Assembly: GCA_005893305.1 (NCBI GenBank)
Contig: VBOZ01000033.1
Location: 79,058 to 143,057 of the forward strand
DNA: 64,000 bases
Direction of reading: 5' to 3'
Source of the DNA: Candidatus Eiseniibacteriota bacterium
Lineage (GTDB): Bacteria > Eisenbacteria > RBG-16-71-46 > SZUA-252
The notes under the pieces were generated by a model. The model searched no databases, had not been told where the DNA came from, and was given only the letters and a program-made list of their open reading frames with translations. The position numbers were made by a program, and so were the translations under genes. This document shows, one piece after another, positions 28,118-38,836 of the stretch. The number at the start of each line of letters is the position of its first letter. The stretch's first letter is position 1.

Positions 28118-29983
28118 GTGGCTGGAAAAAGCCGACGTTCAAGCTGTATGACTACCCCTACGCCTGCCGCGAAGCCGGCCACACCCGCGAAGCCGGGAAC
28201 CCCTGAGCAACGGTCCGACCTGATCCGCGATCAGGTGCTCGCGCTCGACGTGAAGCGCGTCGCCGACTGGATCGCGGCGCTCATCCGGACGATCAAGGCG
28301 GGCCGCACCTATCCGGCGAACAGCCCGACCCTCCATAAATTCCAGGTCGAGCTGGAGTCGCGGACGTGGTCGTGCCTCAAGGAAGTCGGCGACATCACGC
28401 TCGTCGTGCAGCAGTTCGATCTCCTCTACGAGAACTACTCCGTCTATCACAACGCGGACCGGAACGATTCCCTCGCGTTTCGCTTCTACGGAGACGGCGT
28501 TCGCGAGATCACGTTCCGCGAAGGCCTCGAGCCGCACGAGCTGCGCGGATTCCTCGACGTATTGAAGCGCGCGGTCGAGACGGCCCAGGTACAGGACGAC
28601 GTCGTCACGCTCCTCTGGGAGCGGGATTTCCGGCACATCGATTACCTCTTCATCTCTCTCGAAGACCTCACGGAGGAGTCGGGCCAGGTTTCGCTCGAGC
28701 CACTGGACGAGGGGCAAGAGGGCGGGATTCCGTGGCCGACCCGCGGCCTTGAGGACGAGGAGCCACCCCCTGGCGACGCGGCGCCCGAGCGTTCGGACGA
28801 TTGGGTCCCGAAGGTCGAAATGTCGCCGACGTGGGACGAGTCGATCGGAGTCCAGTTCGCGCTCAGCGAGGAAGAGAACGCCGCTTTGGAAGAGGAAATC
28901 CGCAAGGAGGAGCAGCGGGGGCTCACCAGCGAGGTCCTCGAGATCGTGGCCACGATTCTGGCGGCCGAGGAGACCCCAGCCGGATTCCTGGATTCCGCCT
29001 CCGCCTTCCAGCGCTTCATCGAGCTCGCGATCGAGGAGGGCGCGATCGGACGCGCGAACGAGCTGACCGCCCGTCTTCGCGCCATCGCGGCGAAGAAGGC
29101 CGAGACGGAGGCCGAGTTCCAGGGCATCGCAGAGCAAGTAATCCGAGAAATCGGACGACCCAGCTTCCTCGGGCAGATGGCCCCCACCCTCAATTCCCAC
29201 GCTGAAATCGACCCTGGCGTATTGACCAACTTCCTTGTGCAGCTCGGCTCCTCGGCCGCCCCGGCGATCTGCGACCTGCTCGGACAGGTCAACCAAGTGC
29301 GGTACCGGCGCGCCCTCTGCGAGTCGCTCGCCATCTCCTGCCGGGACGACGTGGAGGTGTTGATCGAACGGCTGAACGACACCCGCTGGTACGTGATCCG
29401 GAACATCGTCTACATCCTGGGCCGGATCGCGCATCAGGGCGTCGAGCGCGCGCTGGACCGGACGCTCCACCACGAGGACGTGCGCGTCCGGAAGGAAGCG
29501 GTCCGGGCCCTCGGCAATATCGAGAGCTCGACGAGCCGCGCGTACCTGGTCTCCGCGTTCAAGGACCCCGACGCGGGCGTCCGAATTCAGGCGGCGATGA
29601 CGTTGGCGGCGAAGCGGGACGACCGGGCGGCGCAGAGCATCCTGGGCATGATCCAGGGGCCCGATTTCATGCGGCGCGACTCGAACGAGCGCGAGGCGTT
29701 CTTCGAGGCGCTCGGGCGCTGCGGGTCCGACACGCTCGTGCCGAAGCTGGAGGCGATCCTCACCAAGGGCGGCCTCTTCGGGCCCGGCAACGAGGAGGAA
29801 CGGCTGCACGCGGCGCTCGCGATGGCGTGGCTGGGGACGCCGGCGGCCCTCGCGATTTTAAATCGAGAGATCCAGAGCAAGCGTGATCCAGTGCGTCGGG
29901 CGGTCGAGACCGCCCTGGCGGCGGTGCGAAAGGCGGCGCTCGCCCGTCCCGAGACCAGGCGCGGCCCCGGGGAGGGAGAATGA
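28118..29983 (+). CDS. Hypothetical protein: a DUF3391-like N-terminal domain (paralogous to the N-terminus of the next gene), an acidic linker and C-terminal HEAT/PBS-lyase-type repeats
   Basis: C-terminal repeats DTRWYVIRNIVYILGRIAHQGV / DVRVRKEAVRALGNIESS / DAGVRIQAAMTLAAKRDD. Its stop overlaps the next start (ATGA). Confidence 0.6.
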   Translation: MAGKSRRSSCMTTPTPAAKPATPAKPGTPEQRSDLIRDQVLALDVKRVADWIAALIRTIKAGRTYPANSPTLHKFQVELESRTWSCLKEVGDITLVVQQFDLLYENYSVYHNADRNDSLAFRFYGDGVREITFREGLEPHELRGFLDVLKRAVETAQVQDDVVTLLWERDFRHIDYLFISLEDLTEESGQVSLEPLDEGQEGGIPWPTRGLEDEEPPPGDAAPERSDDWVPKVEMSPTWDESIGVQFALSEEENAALEEEIRKEEQRGLTSEVLEIVATILAAEETPAGFLDSASAFQRFIELAIEEGAIGRANELTARLRAIAAKKAETEAEFQGIAEQVIREIGRPSFLGQMAPTLNSHAEIDPGVLTNFLVQLGSSAAPAICDLLGQVNQVRYRRALCESLAISCRDDVEVLIERLNDTRWYVIRNIVYILGRIAHQGVERALDRTLHHEDVRVRKEAVRALGNIESSTSRAYLVSAFKDPDAGVRIQAAMTLAAKRDDRAAQSILGMIQGPDFMRRDSNEREAFFEALGRCGSDTLVPKLEAILTKGGLFGPGNEEERLHAALAMAWLGTPAALAILNREIQSKRDPVRRAVETALAAVRKAALARPETRRGPGEGE

Positions 29984-31446
29984 CCGAAGCCAGGCCTGCG
30001 TCCGCGCCGCGTCCCCAAGACGAGATTTCTTCGCGCGTCATCCTGGCGGGGCGGAACCTCTCGATCCAGCTCTGCGTCCTCATCAAGACGGCGCGGATCC
30101 ACGATGTCGGGAACATCGCCTTCCAGGGGCCGCTCACGAATTTCATCGAGACCGTCGATCAGATGTGGACGGCCGAGAAGGATTTCAAGCTCCAGGCGGT
30201 CGGGGATTTCCTCTATCTCGGCCAGCACCGTCTCCGGGTCGACGCGTCGTCCTATCCGAGCTATCAGTTCCTCATCGACGAATTCCGCGTGCGGGACCTG
30301 AGCGGCTTCTCGTTCGCCGGAAAGCTCACGCCGCCCGAGGTGAAGAAGTTCGTCCGCCTGTTCCTGGACGTGGACGTGAAGGCGGCGGATCCGTTCGAGG
30401 AGTTCAGCACCGCCCTGACCAAGCTCTCGGTCCAGCGCATCATCCCGATCCGGACCGTCGTCCCGCAGCACGGCATGGTCAGCCAGGAAGAGGTGCGGGA
30501 CAGCCGGAAGGCCGCCAAGCGGTCGTTCTACCGGGCCATCGAGTCCGCGCGGACCGTGATGTTGAGCGCGCGCGACCACCGGCCCGTCGATCTCAGGAAA
30601 GCGAAGCGCGCCGTGCAGGGGATCGTCGACCTGATCCTCGACGAGGAGTTTTCACTCATCGGGCTCACGGCGATCAAGAATCACGACGAATACACGTTCC
30701 AGCACTGCGTCAACGTGTCGATCCTCTCGATCGCATTAGGCCAGCGGCTCGGTCTCTCGAAGAAACTGCTCGGAGAACTGGGCGTGGCCGCTATGCTCCA
30801 CGACCTCGGCAAAGCCTCCATCCCGCCCTGGGTGCTCAACAAGCCCGGCAAGCTCACGCAGGAGGAGTGGAAGCTCATGCTCGACCACCCCATCCAGGGT
30901 GTGAAGATGATCGCGCGCATGCGGGGCCTGAACGAGCTCGCGCTTCGCTCGATGATCGTGGCGTACGAGCACCACATCAACTACGACAGGAGCGGCTATC
31001 CGAGCTTGAAGGGGCATATGGAGCAGTGCCTCTTCAGCAAGATCGTCGCGATCGCGGACTGCTTCGACGCGATGACCGCGCACAGGGCGTACCGGAAGAC
31101 CCCGTTCCCGCCGTTTGCCGCGCTCCATCAGATCATTTCCCAGAACCAGGAGAAGTTCGACCCGCTCCTGCTCAAGGCCTTCATCAACACGGTCGGCATG
31201 TACCCGGCCGGCACGGTCGTCCTGCTCGACACCAACGAGATCGCGGTCGTGACCACGCACAACGCGCATGACATCTTCCGGCCCAAGGTGCAGGTCGTCG
31301 CCGACAAGGACCGGAAGCCGGTTCAGGGCGGTGCCGCGATCGACCTGAGCACCCGCGAGGAGGAGAGCGGCGCGTACGCTGTCACGATCGTCTCCGCCCT
31401 CGACCCCGACGAGTACGGGATCAACATCGCCGACGTCTTGAACTAG
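29980..31446 (+). CDS. HD-GYP phosphodiesterase with a DUF3391-like N-terminal domain
   Basis: HDLGKASIP ... HHINYDRSGYPSLKG are the HD and GYP motifs. Confidence 0.8.
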   Translation: MTEARPASAPRPQDEISSRVILAGRNLSIQLCVLIKTARIHDVGNIAFQGPLTNFIETVDQMWTAEKDFKLQAVGDFLYLGQHRLRVDASSYPSYQFLIDEFRVRDLSGFSFAGKLTPPEVKKFVRLFLDVDVKAADPFEEFSTALTKLSVQRIIPIRTVVPQHGMVSQEEVRDSRKAAKRSFYRAIESARTVMLSARDHRPVDLRKAKRAVQGIVDLILDEEFSLIGLTAIKNHDEYTFQHCVNVSILSIALGQRLGLSKKLLGELGVAAMLHDLGKASIPPWVLNKPGKLTQEEWKLMLDHPIQGVKMIARMRGLNELALRSMIVAYEHHINYDRSGYPSLKGHMEQCLFSKIVAIADCFDAMTAHRAYRKTPFPPFAALHQIISQNQEKFDPLLLKAFINTVGMYPAGTVVLLDTNEIAVVTTHNAHDIFRPKVQVVADKDRKPVQGGAAIDLSTREEESGAYAVTIVSALDPDEYGINIADVLN

Positions 31447-31502
31447 GCTCGAGCCGCTCCGTCGCTGACTCCGCGGCGCCTGCGCGCACGCTCCGCCCCG
31501 CC

Positions 31503-31531
31503 TTGACGCCCGCCGTCCTTCCGCGTAAACT
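31503..31531 (+). promoter_or_regulatory. Sigma-70-type promoter candidate TTGACG-17-TAAACT upstream of the sigma-54 activator gene
   Basis: ttgacg at 31503-31508, a 17-nt spacer, taaact at 31526-31531, in the intergenic region. Confidence 0.45.
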
Positions 31532-31557
31532 CGCGTCGTTGCTAGACTTTCCCCTTA

Positions 31558-32964
31558 TTGGGAGACCCACCGTTGTCGTTGCGCCGCCCGCGCGCCCTCA
31601 TCGTGGACAAGGATTCGTCCGAGACCGCCGAGCTCCAGGCCTTCCTCACGGCCGGGGGCTTCGACGTGCATTGGGCCAAGGACGGCGAGCAGGCCTATAA
31701 CGTCCTCGACGGCGCCTGGCCCCAAGCGGCCGGCGAGCCGGGCCGAGGGCCCGAGGTCGTCATCGCGGAGCTCAAGGCGCACCGCGTCGACGGGTTGCGC
31801 CTCCTCCAGGTGGCCAAACAGCGGAATCCCGAGGTCTGCGTCATCCTGATCGCCGACCAGGGGACCGTGGAGCTCGCCACCGAGGCGATGCGGGAGGGGG
31901 CCTACGACTTCCAGCTCCGTCCGCTCAACCTCACCAAGATGCTCGCCGTGATCCGGCGCGCGATATCGCACCAGGAGCTGGTTCACCGCGCGGAGGATCT
32001 GGCGGTCCAACTCGACGAGCGCCTCCGCGTTCCGACCCTGACCGGGCACTCGCGGGTCATGCAGGAGCTGCAGGACAAGATTCTCCAGATCGCGCCGACG
32101 CGCGCGACCGTCTTGATCTACGGCGAGACCGGCACGGGCAAGGAGCTGATCGCACAGGCCATCCACCGGCTCTCGCCCCGGAAGGACGAGCGGTTCGTGA
32201 AGCTCCACTGCGCCGAGCTGTCCGAGAACATCATCGAAAGCGAGCTCTTCGGCCACGAGCGCGGTTCGTTCACCGGCGCCGACCAGCAGCGGAAGGGGCG
32301 GTTCGAGCTGGCGGACCAGGGGACGCTCTTCATCGACGAGATCTCGGACATTCCGGCGCCCGTACAGACGAAGCTGCTGCGCGTTCTTCAAGACCGCCAA
32401 TTCGAGCGCGTCGGCGGGAACGACACGGTCCAGGTCGACGTGCGGATCATCGCCGCCACGAACCGGCGGCTCGAGATCATGGCGGCCCGGGGCCAGTTCC
32501 GCGAGGACCTCTACTATCGCCTGCGCGTCCTCCTCCTCGAGGTGCCGCCGCTCCGGGAGCGCCGCGAGGACATTCCGGCGCTCCTCGAGACGTTCATCAA
32601 GGAATTCAATCGGGAGCACGGGCGAAAGGTGACCGGCGTGACGCGCGGGGTCGTGGACCGGCTGATGCAGTACGAGTGGCCGGGCAACGTCCGCGAGCTT
32701 CGGAACACGGTCGAGGAGATGGTGATCTTCGCCCAGGGGAAACGCCTCCTCGACGTCTCGGACCTTCCGATTTCGCTCCGGCACCAACGGACCCCGACCG
32801 CCGCGGACATGAACCTCTCGGTCGGGATGTCGATGCCGGAGATCGAGCGGGCGGTGCTCGAGGCGACGCTCCGTTCCGTGGGCCACGACAAGCAGCGCGC
32901 GGCGAAGATCCTCGGCATCGGGCTTCGGACCCTCTACCGAAAGCAGAAGGAGTACGGGCTGTGA
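31558..32964 (+). CDS. Sigma-54-dependent transcriptional activator (NtrC-family bEBP) with a degenerate receiver domain; TTG start
   Basis: Walker A GETGTGKELIAQAIH; a GSFTGA variant of the GAFTGA motif; C-terminal Fis-type HTH QRAAKILGIGLRTLYRKQ. In the receiver, the phospho-acceptor position aligns to Glu (IAELKAH) rather than Asp. Confidence 0.8.
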   Translation: MGDPPLSLRRPRALIVDKDSSETAELQAFLTAGGFDVHWAKDGEQAYNVLDGAWPQAAGEPGRGPEVVIAELKAHRVDGLRLLQVAKQRNPEVCVILIADQGTVELATEAMREGAYDFQLRPLNLTKMLAVIRRAISHQELVHRAEDLAVQLDERLRVPTLTGHSRVMQELQDKILQIAPTRATVLIYGETGTGKELIAQAIHRLSPRKDERFVKLHCAELSENIIESELFGHERGSFTGADQQRKGRFELADQGTLFIDEISDIPAPVQTKLLRVLQDRQFERVGGNDTVQVDVRIIAATNRRLEIMAARGQFREDLYYRLRVLLLEVPPLRERREDIPALLETFIKEFNREHGRKVTGVTRGVVDRLMQYEWPGNVRELRNTVEEMVIFAQGKRLLDVSDLPISLRHQRTPTAADMNLSVGMSMPEIERAVLEATLRSVGHDKQRAAKILGIGLRTLYRKQKEYGL

Positions 32965-32989
32965 GCGCCGCTCGGCGGGACTCGACCGG

Positions 32990-35335
32990 CTAGGGGCGGG
33001 CGCCCGTCGTCGATCCGCGCCCCTTCCGCATGTTCGCCTCGATCCGCGCGATCTCGTCCTGGAGGAGTCTCACCTGCCCGGGATCCTGCGCGAGGCCCGC
33101 CGCCTCCCGCAGCGCGGCCAGACCGTCCGCGGGACGCTGCAGATGGTTCAGGTAAATGACGGCCATGTCCCGCCGGGCGTTTCCCCGGTCCGGGTGGCCT
33201 TCGGGCACCATCTGCAGGGCCTGGACCGCGTCCTCGTACCGCCCCAGGTCGCTCAACGCCGCGCCTAAGTTCACGAGAATCTTCGGATCGTTGGAGATCT
33301 CGTAGGCGGCCGTGAATTCCTTGAGGCACTCCTCCTTGCGGCCCAGCTCGTGCAGCGCCATCGCGTGGTAGACGTGAATCATGGGATCCCTCGGCGCCGC
33401 GAGGAGGCCCGCGGCCGCGGCCGATTCCGCCGCGGCGAACCGGCGCAGATTCAGGAGCGCGTAAGCCTGGACCAAGTGGAGCCTTCCGTTCAGCCGCGTC
33501 GCGTCGACCCGAAGCCCCCGACTCGACCACTCTAGAACCCTGTCGAACCGGCCCAGCCGTCCGAAGAGGTTCGCGTAGTCGAAGCACCAGAGGCCGACGC
33601 GGCTGATGCCGCTCGGCCCGGGCATGGCCGCGGCGAAGACGCTGTCGCGCCGGGCCACCGTGCTGATTCCCGACGGCACGCGCCGGATCTCGATCGCGGG
33701 GCCCGAGGATGAGACCGCCTCGCTCCGCCAAACGACGGTCGTGTTCGCGCGGATCCACCGGTAATACGCCGACTCGACCGGGTAGCTCGCCGAGTCCGCG
33801 TCGAAGCGCCGCGTGACCTCGTGCGAGAGGACGTAGTAGTCGAGCCCGTCGAGGAACTCGGGGTGATAGGCGGGCCGGACGAGCGGGACCTGCGTGGCGA
33901 AGAACGGCCAGATCAGCATCGTCCGCTCATCGGGCTGAAAGACCGGGCCGTAGAGCTCGACCGCCATGGGCCGGTCGGTCGGGATGTTCGTGTTGATCCA
34001 CTTGCGCGCGAGGTGGCGCGTGTCGGGAAGGCCCAGCGTATGCCGTGCGACGAAGAACTCCGGGAGCGGCCACGCCACCGCGAGAAGACCCGCGAGCGCC
34101 GGCCCCGCCAGCGCGGCGCGGGACGGGACGCCGGGCCTCGCCCGCAGCCACGTCGCGATCTCCAAAATGGCGATCGCCGCCGCGACGAAGAGGATCGGAA
34201 GGGCGACCAGCATGTAGCGCTCCTGGGCGGCCTTGAGCGCGCCGTTGGCCAGCACCATCACGAGGGGAATCAGGGCCACCGGACGCGCGATAGGACCGCG
34301 GCGCCACAAGAAAACCATCCCGGCGATCGAGAGCAGGTAGGCGGGCCACCCCATGGCGTGCGGGAGGGAGACGGCGAGGTAGGTCGGTAGCGAGAACGGA
34401 AACGCGGTCTGGCCGACCCAGTCCGAGAACAGGGACCGTCGCTGCGACCCGATGTCCGCGAGCGTCATCTTCCAGTCGAGGAACGTGAAGGGCGAGGCCG
34501 CGAGCATCCCCACGAAAACGGCAAGGAGCGCTAGATAGAAATCGCGCTTTCGGAAACAGTCGCGGCCGTGGGCCGCGGCGAGCGGGACGACGAGAACGAG
34601 CGGCACGTACTTGCACGCTCCCGCGAGACCGATCATCGTCCCTGCCAGGAGCGCGTCGCCCGTGCCTCCGCCCTCGGCGACGCGGACCATCGCGAGCGCC
34701 GCGAGGAGGACGAAGAGCAGCGCGAGCAGATTGGGGTCGGCTACGTGCTGCGACGTCATGATGTGGAGCGGGTTTAACGCCAGGAACAAGGCGGCGAGGA
34801 ACCCGGCGATGCGCCCCCCGAAGCGGGATCCGAGGCGAAACGCGAGGAACACGGTCCACGCGCCGATCAGCACGCCCAGTAGCCGCCCGTAGAGGAACAT
34901 GTGGTTCGATCCCGACGCGACGTGGGAAACGAAGTCCGCCACCGTCGAGCCGGGATGCGACATCGAATAGTAGACCTTGTACGTCGTCTGAATGCCCAGA
35001 CCGACGTAGAAGCTGAACGCGGGCCATCCGCCGGTGTGAGGATTCAGGTCGAGCTTCGACCCGCCGTCCCACATCAGCCACGCCCGGCCCATCGTCGTGC
35101 GGTCGGTTTCCTCGACGGCGGAGTCGTCGAGGACGTTGATCCCAAGGCTGGGATCGGGGAGACGGTCGCCGATTCCCCAGATTCGAATCGCGATGGAAAG
35201 GGCGACGAGGGCGACGGCGAGGGCATCGAGTCGGGGCAGGAAGCGCGTGCGCCGGCCGGCCCTGGGGCCCCGCCTGGCCTCGGCTCTCGCCTTGCCTCGA
35301 TTGGAAGTCTGGGTGGTGTGGCGCTTTTTGGCCAT
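32990..35335 (-). CDS. GT39/PMT_2 (ArnT-like) family membrane glycosyltransferase with a C-terminal TPR region. Start is ATG 35335; the ORF is open to 35602.
   Basis: A multi-TM N-terminal half typical of dolichyl-phosphate-mannose/ArnT-type transferases; TPR-like helical repeats in the last ~250 aa. Confidence 0.7.
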   Translation of the reverse strand: MAKKRHTTQTSNRGKARAEARRGPRAGRRTRFLPRLDALAVALVALSIAIRIWGIGDRLPDPSLGINVLDDSAVEETDRTTMGRAWLMWDGGSKLDLNPHTGGWPAFSFYVGLGIQTTYKVYYSMSHPGSTVADFVSHVASGSNHMFLYGRLLGVLIGAWTVFLAFRLGSRFGGRIAGFLAALFLALNPLHIMTSQHVADPNLLALLFVLLAALAMVRVAEGGGTGDALLAGTMIGLAGACKYVPLVLVVPLAAAHGRDCFRKRDFYLALLAVFVGMLAASPFTFLDWKMTLADIGSQRRSLFSDWVGQTAFPFSLPTYLAVSLPHAMGWPAYLLSIAGMVFLWRRGPIARPVALIPLVMVLANGALKAAQERYMLVALPILFVAAAIAILEIATWLRARPGVPSRAALAGPALAGLLAVAWPLPEFFVARHTLGLPDTRHLARKWINTNIPTDRPMAVELYGPVFQPDERTMLIWPFFATQVPLVRPAYHPEFLDGLDYYVLSHEVTRRFDADSASYPVESAYYRWIRANTTVVWRSEAVSSSGPAIEIRRVPSGISTVARRDSVFAAAMPGPSGISRVGLWCFDYANLFGRLGRFDRVLEWSSRGLRVDATRLNGRLHLVQAYALLNLRRFAAAESAAAAGLLAAPRDPMIHVYHAMALHELGRKEECLKEFTAAYEISNDPKILVNLGAALSDLGRYEDAVQALQMVPEGHPDRGNARRDMAVIYLNHLQRPADGLAALREAAGLAQDPGQVRLLQDEIARIEANMRKGRGSTTGARP

Positions 35336-35643
35336 GAAGGGTCTTAACCCGTGCGAATTATAGGGATTGAACGGCCCGTCCCACAAGCCGGCTGGCAGTC
35401 GTTTCCAGTTCCGTTCTGCCGTTTGGACAAAGTGGCCGAGGACTCCGCCGGCCCGGCGCGCTCGGGGGCCTTCCGTTGGCAATCCGTAACTTAGCCCTCC
35501 GCATTTGCTTGCTGCTCGCTTCGGGCGGGCGCGATCGGGGACGGCACGCCGATTGCCGCATCTAACCCTCGAAGCGTGGCGGAGGCTCGGGCCTCTGCCC
35601 AATTGTCACGGATCACACACGATACGAAGGGAGTCGAACCATC

Positions 35644-35937
35644 ATGAACGTGAAGCCACTGTCTGATCGCCTTCTTGTCCGCCGCCTCGAGGAAGCCGAA
35701 ACGAAGCGCGGGGGCATCATCATTCCCGACACCGCCAAGGAAAAGCCGCAGCAGGCCGAGGTCGTGGCGGTGGGACCGGGTCGCTTTGAAGACGGAAAGC
35801 GGATCCCGCTCGACGTGAAGAAGGGCGACAAGATCCTGATGGGCAAGTACTCCGGGACCGAGGTCAAGATCGACGGGACCGAGTATCTCATTATGCGTGA
35901 GGACGACGTCCTCGCCATCGTCGCCGACGCGAAGTAA
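35644..35937 (+). CDS. groES: Co-chaperonin GroES
   Basis: [46 protein letters not shown] is canonical Cpn10. Confidence 0.95.
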   Translation: MNVKPLSDRLLVRRLEEAETKRGGIIIPDTAKEKPQQAEVVAVGPGRFEDGKRIPLDVKKGDKILMGKYSGTEVKIDGTEYLIMREDDVLAIVADAK

Positions 35938-35970
35938 CGGCCGAGACCACAACCAATCAAGGAGTGATAA

Positions 35971-37611
<1,641 letters not shown>

Positions 37612-37643
37612 ACCTTCGCTCCAGGCGAGGGTGAAGTGAAATG

Positions 37644-37670
37644 GGGGCGGGATCGCGAGATCCCGCCCCC
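37644..37670. terminator. GC-rich hairpin (ggggcgggatc-gcga-gatcccgcccc) between convergent groEL and the Rieske-flavoprotein gene; probable bidirectional intrinsic terminator
   Basis: An 11-bp perfect stem read directly from the sequence, followed by a T-containing tract cttcgtatctc. Confidence 0.55.
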
Positions 37671-37741
37671 TTCGTATCTCGCGCCCTGCGACGCGGCGGA
37701 TTTCGGGAGCGAGGCCGGACGAAGGCGGGATAACCGAACCT

Positions 37742-38836
37742 TCAGCGCGCGCGCAGCTCGATGTGATGGGCTTTCCGGCCGCCGCGCGCCGTGCGGTCGA
37801 CGATCCTGCCGCGATCGACGAGCTGACGGGCGGCGTCGACCGCGCGCCCCGCCAGCTCCATCGCCCCCGTCCGCAGCTCCTCGCTCCTCATCACGTACTC
37901 CACGTTCTTCTCCATGTCCTCGGCCGACCAGCCGCGCGAGTGCGCGACGAAGGGGAACTGGGGGAAATAGAATCCGAGCTCCGAGAAGAAGAGGAGCAGG
38001 TGCCCCGCGACCGCCTGCACGTTGTCCTGCCCGCCCGTGACGATGAACGCGGCCACCTTGTTCCGGATCAGGACGCGATCCTTGATGGTGATCTGGTTCT
38101 GCACGCAGTTGAGCCGCTCCGCCATCTTGAAAAAGAGAGAAGAGGCAGCGCCCCAGCGGATCGGCGTCGCCACCAGCGCGACGTCGCTCCAGTGGACGAG
38201 CGCCTCGTAGACCTCGGCCATCTCGTCGGCGTCGTCCATCTCGGTGATGGAGCAGGGCCACGTGCAGGCGTGCGCGTTCTTGGAGTAGTAGCCCTCGCAG
38301 GCTCGGAACTTGAGATCGCGGAGCCGGATGATCCGCGTCTCGCAGGCGAGCGTGGTCCGCGAGTGCTCGAGCGCGACCTCGAGGAGCGCTTCCGAGGTCG
38401 AATAGCGAGGATTCCCCGGGTCCATGTTGGTCGTCGAGATGCCCACCACGCGGATCGGCCCTTCCTTCCGGACCGGGGTTCGCGCGAGCGGATGTGGGGC
38501 GTGAGGCTTTTTTCTTCGGGGCGTGATCGGCTCGGCGGTCACGTAGAGATGGCCGTGCTCCACCTTCACGTCGTGCCGCGGCACCTTGTCGTCCTCGAAA
38601 CCGGGCTCCCCCTCCCCCGTCAGGCGGTGGAACTTGTAGCCGTGCCACGGACACTGGATGAATTCGCCGTCCAGGCGCCCCTGCCCCAAGGGTCCGCCGG
38701 CGTGGTTGCAGACGCCCGAGACCGCGCCGAACGCGCCGTCCTTCCAGGTGACCGCGAGGAGCGTTCGGCCCGCGCGCGCTTCGGTCACCGCCGTCTTCTG
38801 GAGCTCCTCGATGGGACCCAGGTCATGCCACTGCAT
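37742..38836 (-). CDS. Fusion protein: N-terminal Rieske [2Fe-2S] domain plus C-terminal NADPH-dependent FMN reductase/flavodoxin-like domain
   Basis: CNHAGGPL-x17-CPWHGYKF is the Rieske CxH...CxxH motif. VVGISTTNMDPGNPRYSTSEALLEVALE is the FMN_red-type N-terminus of the second domain. Confidence 0.7.
   Translation of the reverse strand: MQWHDLGPIEELQKTAVTEARAGRTLLAVTWKDGAFGAVSGVCNHAGGPLGQGRLDGEFIQCPWHGYKFHRLTGEGEPGFEDDKVPRHDVKVEHGHLYVTAEPITPRRKKPHAPHPLARTPVRKEGPIRVVGISTTNMDPGNPRYSTSEALLEVALEHSRTTLACETRIIRLRDLKFRACEGYYSKNAHACTWPCSITEMDDADEMAEVYEALVHWSDVALVATPIRWGAASSLFFKMAERLNCVQNQITIKDRVLIRNKVAAFIVTGGQDNVQAVAGHLLLFFSELGFYFPQFPFVAHSRGWSAEDMEKNVEYVMRSEELRTGAMELAGRAVDAARQLVDRGRIVDRTARGGRKAHHIELRAR

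Noticed and set aside
35336-35643. Looked for a CIRCE (TTAGCACTC-N9-GAGTGCTAA) HrcA operator or a clear RpoH promoter in the ~300-bp groES leader
   Set aside because: No CIRCE-like inverted repeat is present. There is only a weak CTCGAAG...GCCCAATT resemblance to a sigma-32 promoter, too degenerate to call.
35600-35643. The sequence gaagggagtcgaacc resembles a tRNA T-arm (GGTTCGAnTCC) on the reverse strand
   Set aside because: No acceptor stem, CCA end or cloverleaf can be built. It is the AAGGGAG ribosome-binding site of groES.
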